Origin: Fistulifera solaris
Lineage: Eukaryota
DNA: 22,973 nt
Assembly: GCA_030295235.1 (NCBI GenBank)
Contig: AP026120.1
Span: 62,001-84,973, forward strand
Direction: 5' to 3'
Shown here in pieces: positions 12,410-22,471 of this stretch (the stretch's first letter is position 1; each line of letters starts with the position of its first letter). The translations under genes and the position numbers were made by a program. The notes under the pieces are model-generated. The model was not told the DNA's origin. It made no database searches and saw nothing but the letters and a program-made list of their open reading frames with translations.

Positions 12410-15400
12410 CTTCTTTTTTTCTCTATAAGGGTTAAATTTTATTTATATTTATGTTCATATTAGTTCTAACTTTGCATTTACTAATTTATTTCATTTTTTT
12501 AATTTTTATAAAATACTTGATTTTTCTAGATAGCTTTAACAATCTAACAAAGTTTAAGTTCCTTTTATAAATGGTAGTTAATGAAATTTATCTTTTTTAC
12601 CCCCTTTTCAATCCCTACCCTTTCTTTTTCCTCTATAAGGGTTAAATTTTATTTGTATTTTTATTCATCTTAATTTTAGCTTTGCAGAGATTAGCTTATC
12701 TCATTTTTTTAATTTACTAAAAGGAAAGTTTAGGTTTTGATTTTTATTAAAATTTTAATCATTTTGGAAATTTTGAATTATGTTTTTCTGTTTTGACCAA
12801 TTCTTTTATTTATTTGCATTTTAGTCTATTTTAGGTATTTTCCAATTTTTTGGCCTAATGTTGATTGGTTTTTCTTTTTCTTCTATAAGAATTGAATTTT
12901 ATTTGTATTTTATTCATCTCAATTTTAGCTTTACAATTCTTAGCTTATTTTATTTTTTAACATGGCGTAGGATAAAACCCACATTTTGATTTTTGCCGCG
13001 ATTTGAGCCTTTAATTTATTGACTCAAATCCTGTAGATTTCATAATTTTTGAATTCTTCTTTTTCCTTATTTTCATTTCCAATTTTGATATATTATTTAG
13101 CCAAAAAATTAAATTGAATTATGTTAACTTAATAGAAATAAGCATGAAATTGAAACATAGATGAGAATGTAATGGTTAAATAAAGATGTAAAAAATTAAT
13201 ACTTTATGCATTTAATATATGTATATTATATATATTTATGTTAATATCCTATGTTTTTATATTAAAGTTATTATATAACAACAGGAACAACTTCTAAAAT
13301 AAGTGTGGGTTATAAATAATTTGATCTTTTCTTCTTAAAACTTTTTTACTCAGTCGTTTCTTTTTTTATAGTATAGGAATATTAAATTTTAGTCATTTTA
13401 ATTTTAACTTTACACTTATTATCCTATATAATACCCTTTTTTGTAAATGATTTTATGTATTGGGGATTCTTATGATTTAAACCTCTATAATTGATCTAGC
13501 TCTAACTTGTTAGCTTCTTTTTGTAGTGTACTTCCCTATATTCCCCCTTTTTCAATTCCTACCCCTTCTTTTTCCTCTATAAGGGTTAAATTTTATTTGT
13601 ATTTTTATTCATCTTAATTTTAGCTTTGCAGAGATTAGCTTATCTCATTTTTTTAATTTACTAAAAGGAAAGTTTAGATTTTGATTTTTATTAAAATTTT
13701 AATCATTTTAGAAATTTTGAATTATGTTTTTCTGTTTTGACCAATTCTTTTATTCATTTGCATTTTAGTCTATTTTAGGTATTTTCCAATTTTTTGGCCT
13801 AATGTTGATTGGTTCTTCTTTTTCTTCTATAAGAATTGAATTTTATTTGTATTTTATTCATCTCAATTTTAGCTTTACAATTCTTAGCTTATTTTATTTT
13901 TTAACATGGCGTAGGATAAAACCCACATTTTGATTTTTGCCGCGATTTGAGCCTTTAATTTACTGACTCAAATCCTGTAGATTTCATAAATTTTGAATTC
14001 TTTTTTTCCTTATTTTCATTTCCAATTTTGATATATTATTTAGCCAAAAAATTAAATTGAATTATGTTAACTTAATAGAAATAAGCATGAAATTGAAACA
14101 TAGATGAGAATGTAATAATTAAATAAAGATGTAAAAATTAATACTTTATACATTTAATATATATATATATTTATGTTAATACCCTATGTTTTTATATTAA
14201 AGTTATTATATAACAATTTTAGTCATTTTAATTTTAACTTTACACTTATTATTCTATATAATACCCTTTTTGGTAAATTACTTTATGTATTGGGATTCCT
14301 ATGATTTAAACCTCTAGAATTGATCTAGCTCTAACTTGTTAGCTTCTTTTTGTAGTGTACTCCCTATATTCCCCCTTTTTCAATTCCTACCCCTTCTTTT
14401 TCCTCTATGAGGGTTAAATTTTATTTGTATTTTTATTCATCTTAATTTTAGCTTTGCAGAGATTAGCTTATCTCATTTTTTTAATTTACTAAAAGGAAAG
14501 TTTAGATTTTGATTTTTATTAAAATTTTAATCATTTTGGAAATTTTGAATTATGTTTTTCTGTTTTGACCAATTCTTTTATTTATTTGTATTTTAGGCTA
14601 TTTTATAGGTATTTTCCACTTTTTTAGCCTAATGCCGATTGGTTCTTCTTTTTCTTCTATAAGGATTGGATTTTATTTGTATTTTATTCATCTCAACTTT
14701 AGCTTTACAATTCTTAGCTTATTTTCTTTTTTAACATGGCATTTAGGATAAAACCCACATTTTGATTTTTGCCATGATTTGAGCCTTTAATTTATTGACT
14801 CAAATCCTGTAGATTTCATAATTTTTGAATTCTTTTTTTCCTTATTTTCATTTCCAATTTTGATATAGTATTTAGCCAAAAATTAAATTGAATTATGTTA
14901 ACTTAATAGAAATAAGCATGAAATTGAAACATAGATGAGAATGTAATAATTAAATAAAGATGTAAAAAATTAATACTTTATGCATTTAATATATGTATAT
15001 TATATATATTTATGTTAATATCCTATGTTTTTATATTAAAGTTATTATATAACAACAGGAACAACTTCTAAAATAAGTGTGGGTTATAAATAATTTGATC
15101 TTTTCTTCTTAAAACTTTTTTACTCAGTCGTTTCTTTTTTTATAGTATAGGAATATTAAATTTTAGTCATTTTAATTTTAACTTTACACTTATTATCCTA
15201 TATAATACCCTTTTTGTAAATGATTTTATGTATTGGGATTCTTATGATTTAAACCTCTATAATTGATCTAGCTCTAACTTGTTAGCTTCTTTTTGTAGTG
15301 TACTTCCCTATATTCCCCCTTTTTCAATTCCTACCCCCTTCTTTTTCCTCTATAAGGGTTAAATTTTATTTGTATTTTTATTCATCTTAATTTTAGCTTT

Positions 15401-15920
15401 GCAGAGATTAGCTTATCTCATTTTTTAATTTACTAAAAGGAAAGTTTAGATTTTGATTTTTATTAAAATTTTAATCATTTTGGAAATTTTGAATTATGTT
15501 TTTCTGTTTTGACCAATTCTCTTATTTATTTGCGTTTTAGTCTATTTTAGGTATTTTCCACTTTTTTGGCCTAATGTTGATTAGTTCTTCTTTTTCTTCT
15601 ATAAGAATTGAATTTTATTTGTATTTTATTCATTTCAATTTTAGCTTTACAATTCTTAGCTTATCTTATTTTTTAACATGGCGTAGGATAAAACCCACAT
15701 TTTGATTTTTGCCGCGATTTGAGCTTTTAATTTATTGACTCAAATCCTGTAGATTTCATAATTTTTGAATTCTTTCTTTTCCTTATTTTCATTTCCAATT
15801 TTGATAATAGTATTTAGCCAAAAATTAAATTGAATTATGTTAACTTAATAGAAATAAGCATGAAATTGAAACATAGATGAGAATGTAATGGTTAAATAAA
15901 GATGTAGAAAATTAATACTT
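12410..15920 (+). repeat. Direct tandem array of long units (periods ~944, 828, 945 bp, last unit truncated), preceded by a degenerate partial copy
   Basis: The marker CTCTAT(A/G)AGGGTTAAATTTTATTT recurs at 12421 (degenerate context), 12631, 13575, 14403 and 15348, with near-identical sequence between the last four. Confidence 0.97.
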
Positions 15921-16011
15921 ATAGGTTAAAATCTAGATGAACAAAGATAAAATTCAACATCTTAAAAACATATAAAAATTGATAAATAGTTGAATTTTGA
16001 ACCTTTGTACA

Positions 16012-18438
16012 AAAGGCTCAAATCATGACAAAAATCAAAATGTGGGTTTTATCCTACGCCATGTTAAAAAATAAGATAAGCTAAGAATTGTAAAGCTAAA
16101 ATTGAAATGAATAAAATACAAATAAAATTCAATTCTTATAGAAGAAAAAGAAGAACTAATCAACATTAGGCTAAAAAAGTGGAAAATACCTAAAATAGAC
16201 TAAAACGCAAATAAATAAGAGAATTGGTCAAAACAGAAAAACATAATTCAAAATTTCCAAAATGATTAAAATTTTAATAAAAATCAAAATCTAAACTTTC
16301 CTTTTAGTAAATTAAAAAAATGAGATAAGCTAATCTCTGCAAAGCTAAAATTAAGATGAATAAAAATACAAATAAAATTTAACCCTTATAGAGGAAAAAG
16401 AAGGGGGGTAGGAATTGAAAAAGGGGGAATATAGGGAAGTACACTACAAAAAGAAGCTAACAAGTTAGAGCTAGATCAATTCTAGAGGTTTAAATCATAG
16501 GAATCTCAATACATAAAGTCATTTACCAAAAGGGTATTATATAGGATAATAAGTGTAAAGTTAAAATTAAAATGACTAAAATTGTTATATAATAACTTTA
16601 ATATAAAAACATAGGGTATTAACATAAATATATATATTAAATGTATAAAGTATTAATTTTTACATCTTTATTTAACCATTACATTCTCATCTATGTTTCA
16701 ATTTCATGCTTATTTTTATTAAGTTAACATAATTCAATTTAATTTTTGGCTAAATAATATATCAAAATTGGAAATGAAAATAAGGAAAAGAAGAATTCAA
16801 AATTTATGAAATCTACAGGATTTGAGTCAATAAATTAAAGGCTCAAATCATGGCAAAAATCAAAATGTGGGTTTTAGCCTAATGTCATGTTAAAAAGAAA
16901 ATAAGCTAAGAATTGTAAAGCTAAAGTTGAGATGAATAAAATACAAATAAAATCCAATCCTTATAGAAGAAAAAGAAGAACCAATCGGCATTAGGCCAAA
17001 AAGTGGAAAATACCTAAAATAGACTAAAATGCAAATGAATAAAAGAATTGGTCAAAACAGAAAAACATAATTCAAAATTTCCAAAATGATTAAAATTTTA
17101 ATAAAAATCAAAATCTAAACTTTCCTTTTAGTAAATTAAAAAAAATGAGATAAGCTAATCTCTGCAAAGCTAAAATTAAGATGAATAAAAATACAAATAA
17201 AATTTAACCCTTATAGAGGAAAAAGAAGGGGTAGGAATTGAAAAGGGGGAATCTAAGGAAAAGAGTACACTACAAAAAGAAGCTAACAAGTTAGAGCTAG
17301 ATCAATTATAGAGGTTTAAATCATAGGAATCTCAATACATAAAGTCATTTACCAAAAGGGTATTATATAGGATAATAAGTGTAAAGTTAAAATTAAAATG
17401 ACTAAAATTTAATATTCTTATACTATACAAAAGAAACGACTGAGTAAAAAGTTTTAAGAAGAAAAGATCAAATTATTTATAATCCACACTTATTTTAGAA
17501 GTTGTTCCTGTTGTTATATAATAACTTTAATATAAAAACATAGGGTATTAACATAAATATATATATTAAATGTATAAAGTATTAATTTTTACATCTTTAT
17601 TTAACCATTACATTCTCATCTATGTTTCAATTTCATGCTTATTTTTATTAAGTTAACATAATTCAATTTAATTTTTGGCTAAATAATATATCAAAATTGG
17701 AAATGAAAATAAGGAAAAGAAGAATTCAAAATTTATGAAATCTACAGGATTTGAGTCAATAAATTAAAGGCTCAAATCATGGCAAAAATCAAAATGTGGG
17801 TTTTAGCCTAATGCCATGTTAAAAAGAAAATAAGCTAAGAATTGTAAAGCTAAAGTTGAGATGAATAAAATTCAAATAAATAAAAGAATTGGTCAAAACA
17901 GAAAAACATAATTCAAAATTTCCAAAATGATTAAAATTTTAATAAAAATCAAAATCTAAACTTTCCTTTTAGTAAATTAAAAAAATGAGATAAGCTAATC
18001 TCTGCAAAGCTAAAATTAAGATGAATAAAAATACAAATAAAATTTAACCCTTATAGAGGAAAAAGAAGGGGTAGGAATTTAAAAAGGGGGAATATAGGGA
18101 GTACACTACAAAAAGAAGCTAACAAGTTAGAGCTAGATCAATTATAGAGGTTTAAATCATAGGAATCTCAATACATAAAGTCATTTACCAAAAGGGTATT
18201 ATATAGGATAATAAATGTAAAGTTAAAATTAAAATGACTAAAATTTAATATTTTTATAATATAAAAAAAGAAACGACTGAGTAAAAAAGTTTTAAGAAGA
18301 AAAGATCAAATTATTTATAGCCCACACTTATTTTAGAGTTGTTCCTGTTGTTATATAATAGCTTTAATATAAAAACATATGGTATTAACATAAATAAAAT
18401 ATATATATATATATATTAAATGTATAAAGTATTAATTT
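16012..18438 (-). repeat. Same repeat units in inverted orientation, about 3 units (periods ~825 and 840 bp)
   Basis: The reverse-complement marker AACCCTTATAGAGG occurs at 16381, 17206 and 18046. The T-rich + strand switches to A-rich across ~15920-16010. Confidence 0.97.
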
Positions 18439-18466
18439 AGAATTTTATTTAAACAAATCTATTAAA

Positions 18467-19655
18467 ATGCCAATTAAAAATAAAGAAAGAGAACTAGTTA
18501 CTTCTTCTGAAAATTTGAAAAATTTACCTGATGAGAATCTGCTTTTTCTCCAAGTTCTAATTTACAAATTAATGAAGAAAATCCAATAGATGTCTATACT
18601 TTGTCAACTAGAAATGATCTTAATTTTAGTTCTTTGTTTAAAAGTCAGACCAATGGTACTGTCGATTTAACTGATGCTATATTTCCAAATTCTGCGCGAC
18701 AAGTACGTTACAAATCTGAAGATGTGGATATTGAAAATTTAAAGACCCACACATTTGAATTGTACCAGTTAAATTTAAAAAAAAGAAGGACAAAGTAACC
18801 AACTTGCTTTTCGTGATTTTACCGAAATTGAAAATTCATCTGAATTTAAGGATTCAGAACTTTTAGCCAAATATAATGCCTTAACTACAGAAGAACCTTA
18901 TCGCACATCATATATTAATTCTCACATTGACGTTTCTTTAATGAGTAATGAAGCTTTTTAACATTAGCAGAGCAATCTAGAATGTTGATAACCAGAATTT
19001 TAGCATTTGTAAAAGTCGATGACTTATCTTTTACATCATTACTACGCTATCTTCGAGTGCTAGCAGATCCAACCTCTATTAACGAACTCGATATCTTTGT
19101 TGATTCAAAGAGTATTTTAAAAAGCTCTTCTTAGTTGTTATAATTTATTTTTATATAGTTCGACTTTCGTAGCTTGTACATTATTTCAAGATAATAATGT
19201 GGATCCTAACCGATTAAAATATGCGGCGATTGCAATGACTTTAATTAAAATACTTCATAATACTAACTTATCAGTAGGTATCGCGAAAACAGAAACTAAT
19301 TACTTTTTAAAACTGTGCGAGAATCATTACAATTAAAATATTACATTCCTAAACTATCAGAGTATATGTTACCCAAGTTACCAGAGTTTTTAAAAACTAG
19401 TTTTAAAAAATGTCGCCTTTTGTAAAACGATCTTGTTTATTTGTTATACAATCGACTAGTCTTGCGATTTGTGGTTATGTGATTAATGAAAATTCAGGCA
19501 ATCTTTTAACGATTTCACAAAATAATACTCATCAGTTAAATCTAAGCTTTACTCAAAGTCGGAATGATTGGTTTGATAAATTTTTAGAAATTTTATTTTT
19601 AGTTTTTCTAATATCTAATGTTTATTTAAATTTGTTAATTCTACACAAATCATAA
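18467..19655 (+). CDS. Hypothetical ORFan A, ~390 aa if about six single-base frameshifts are corrected; may be more than one ORF
   Basis: ATG at 18467 (MPIKNKERELVTSSENL). Successive overlapping open frames (ORF-track pieces 18601..18798 and 19410..19655 plus start-less stretches) switch mostly at A/T runs (~18535, 18780, 18957, 19120, 19308, 19407). Composition is more complex than the flanking repeat. Confidence 0.55.
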
Positions 19656-19656
19656 A

Positions 19657-20410
19657 ATGTCAACTAAAACAATTTTAAAGCCATTCTTTGAGCCAATAGA
19701 AATAATAATCAAAGAATTTTATCTACTTATACTAAATCTTACTCCTTCTTATGCAGTTATAACAAGGTTAATATTTATGAGTATTTTAGTTTCAAAAATT
19801 ATTCTTGTTGTGCCAGGTTCTTCTCTAAAAATTCCTGTTCTTTATAATGCAGCGAGTCTTTATTTAAATGAAATAACAGAAATCTGGTCGGAATTTAAAT
19901 CTTTCTTTTATTCTTTAATAACTTATTTTCAACAAAATTCTGCGTTATATCAAGAAAAAGTTTGCTTGTAGTTGAAAATACTATGTATAAAGAATTATTA
20001 GATTCTTTAAAATTAGAAAATCATACACTAAATTTGGAATTGCGAACTATACAAGAAGCGAATGCGCAATACAAAGCTGAAAATTCATTGTTGTTGCAAG
20101 AATTATCTAGGTCAAAGACTATTAATCAATTCGATAACATTATAAGAATAGCGGGTTCTATTATCGGCGTTGCGAACATTTTTACAAATTGTCTAAATTT
20201 GGGTACAATGTTCTACAATTTTATAATTCCTTCAAAAAATTAGCTGAAGTTAGCTTATCAGTTCAAGATAAAGAATTATTAAAGGACACTCATAATTATG
20301 CAATGAAATCTGTTGAGTCTAAAATATTAGATCAAGCAGCTAATACTAAACAGTATAATATTTTTGACGGTGCAAAGAGTTTATTTGATATTAGTCGTGA
20401 AGGTGGCTAA
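19657..20410 (+). CDS. Hypothetical ORFan B, ~250 aa after two homopolymer corrections; hydrophobic segment plus coiled-coil-like region
   Basis: Three overlapping ORF-track pieces (19657..19971, 19962..20243, 20189..20410) join at the A-runs ~19955-19959 and ~20235-20239. The ATG lies 1 nt after the ORFan A stop (TAA-A-ATG). Confidence 0.65.
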
Positions 20411-20510
20411 TTTAATTTCAAGAATAATAGAATAAATCTCTGATAGTGTACTTATTTTAGATATTGTACTAAAAAGATTGCAATTGTAAAGGGTACAAAA
20501 CTAGTTATAT

Positions 20511-20582
20511 CATCCCTAATGGGATTTGAACCCATGTTATTGACGTGAAAGGTCAGCGTCCTAACCACTAGACGATAGGGAC
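20511..20582 (-). tRNA. trnE: tRNA-Glu (UUC)
   Basis: GTCCCTA TCGTCTAGTGGTTAGGAC G CTGAC-CTTTCAC-GTCAA...ATGGG-TTCAAAT-CCCAT-TAGGGAT-G. Confidence 0.95.
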
Positions 20583-20615
20583 TTTATTTATAAATAAAAA
20601 TGTATTTTTGGAAAA

Positions 20616-20688
20616 TAAACAATAACGGACTCGAACCGCTAACCTTTTCGTTGTAAGCGAAACACTCTACCAATTGAGTTAATTGTTC
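20616..20688 (-). tRNA. trnV: tRNA-Val (UAC)
   Basis: GAACAAT TAACTCAATTGGTAGAGT G TTTCG-CTTACAA-CGAAA...AGCGG-TTCGAGT-CCGTT-ATTGTTT-A. Confidence 0.95.
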
Positions 20689-20701
20689 TTAAAATTTTTA
20701 A

Positions 20702-22302
20702 CTAAAAAGTTTGTAGCTTTTGCCCTTAGGATTTTTGAGCAATTCGCTAAAACAAGTGATTTGTGACTATATTCATCTTTACCTCCACTAAAAAGTCATC
20801 TAACCAATATTTTAACTTTGTTAATTTTATTTTTGAACGTCTCTGTTTAAAATTAGAGTTGTTGTTCAAGATTACAAAACTTTCATTTTAATACCTAAAT
20901 AAAAGTTTAAATTTGTTAAAGTTTGAGTTGCTTGGTAGTGAAAATAAATATAATTTTTAAAATTTAAAAGCTTTTGGAATTAAAAATAATTAAATTATTA
21001 TCTTTATTGTTTAAAAATGTAACTTGAGTTCTTAAAGATTTTAAAACTCTTCTTAAAATTTGCCAGTTACTTTTGCTGATTTTCGAAAAATAAGTTTTGT
21101 AGTTCTTTTCACAAATCCTTCGGTATTTATAAAAGTTTCTTCATTCTCGTAAAATATAGTAGAAGGTAAATGAAGATAATGACTTAAATTTTTAGAGTTT
21201 GAAAATAATTCGTTGTATAACTCTAAGTTTTTATCGTTACTCTGATTTAAAAATAACGAGTTTTGAGTATTTGTATTTGAATATTTCAGCAGCTTTAACT
21301 CAGTTATTTTTTTAAATTTGAAACATTATTCAGTGAAACATTTAAAAATAGACAGAACTAAAATTACTTAAATCTTTACTATTTAGTGCGCCAAAGTTAT
21401 ACATTGATTGGCTTCCTACTTCAGAAAGTGAAGGACTTAATACATTTATTCCATTCCAAACTTTGTTAAAAACTTGAGCGTATTTTAGTAGATTTAATAA
21501 GTTTTCTGTATTATTTTTATTTCCGTTTCTTTTAACAACTCATAGTTGTAAATTATAACTGGATTTTTGCTGATTTAAACTCTTGGCAAGCCAAATTATT
21601 TCCTTCTAAAATTGTTTTTAATACCGATGTATTTGATCCTAATGAAGATACGGGAAATGTTAAATCAATTAATGAACCTATGATTAAACATTTAAAGTTA
21701 CCTTTAAAGAATCTTTGTCTTAGGTTTAAATTTAAGTAATATCCTTCATATCTTGGGTTACAAGAGATTAACAAACATAATGAAGAGTTTGCTAATCCAG
21801 CTTTACTTGTACTTGAATTAAGCTGAAGACTAGCTTCTAAATCATTATTGTTATTAATATTTTCAGCTCGCTTAATTTTAATGAAAGATTTTTTGCTCTA
21901 AAATATTTAGCAAACTTAGTACTTCAATGCTTAAATTTTCAAAACAATAAGAAAAAATTATTTTTACTCTGTTGAGTTTTACAATATTCAAAGACATATA
22001 ATGTTTCTACTAATTGTTTTAAAATGTTAAACCAAGACTTATTGTTTAAATCTTGATTTTATTTCCATCAGCTTCCCAAATTCCAAATATTCCGTCAAAA
22101 ATTGACGGCCTTTATCAGTTAGCCATGTGTTTTGAGAGTGTATATTAAAATCTGGTTCAATCTGAACAACTTGATCTTTACTTATATACGCTCTTGTATT
22201 TGATCCAAATCCGTCTGTTGGATCAATACTTTCTAACTTTTCAATATCCCATCCTCTTAGTTCAAAAGGAAAACTTTTAAGAGTTAAAGCACCGATTTGT
22301 AA
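20702..22302 (-). CDS. nad11b: NADH dehydrogenase subunit 11, C-terminal part (molybdopterin-fold domain), multiple frameshifts, start codon unclear
   Basis: Reads LQIGALTLKSFPFELRGWDIEKLESIDPTDGFGSNTR...WLTDKGRQ, then LCLLISCNPRYEGYYLNLNLRQR...LPSTIFYENEETFINTEGFVKRT...SLVLANCSKILR. These match divergent NuoG/Nad11 C-terminal motifs. Both ends approximate. Confidence 0.85.
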
Positions 22303-22306
22303 TTAG

Positions 22307-22457
22307 TTATTTTGTTCGTAATTGTTTATAAATATATATAATATACAACATTGCCAAGCTAAATAGTATAAAAGAAGAGTAGAAAGCTTTTACTTTTATC
22401 TAAAACAGATACACTCATTAAAATAATAAAGATGATCCATAATAATAACAGTTTCAT
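22307..22457 (-). CDS. Possible ~49-aa two-helix membrane micro-ORF, needs one T removed at ~22370-22373
   Basis: MKLLLLWIIFIILMSVSVLDKSKSFLLF(F)ILFSLAMLYIIYIYKQLRTK*. The span is 151 nt (50 codons + 1) and fills the nad11a-nad11b gap almost exactly. Confidence 0.4.
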
Positions 22458-22471
22458 GGATGTTTTTAGTT

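Noticed and set aside
15921..16011. Hairpin telomere or fold-back chimeric read at the palindrome centre
   Set aside because: The arms are not exact mirrors (asymmetric centre, different module content), and different unique genes continue on both sides.
12410..18438. CRISPR array or transposon with terminal inverted repeats
   Set aside because: Units are 0.8-0.95 kb near-identical copies without unique spacers. No cas or transposase ORF and no target-site duplication is visible.
20463..20498. Possible terminator hairpin between convergent ORFan B and trnE (TTGTAC...GTACAA)
   Set aside because: Only a 6-bp AT-rich stem with a long loop, which is expected by chance at this composition.
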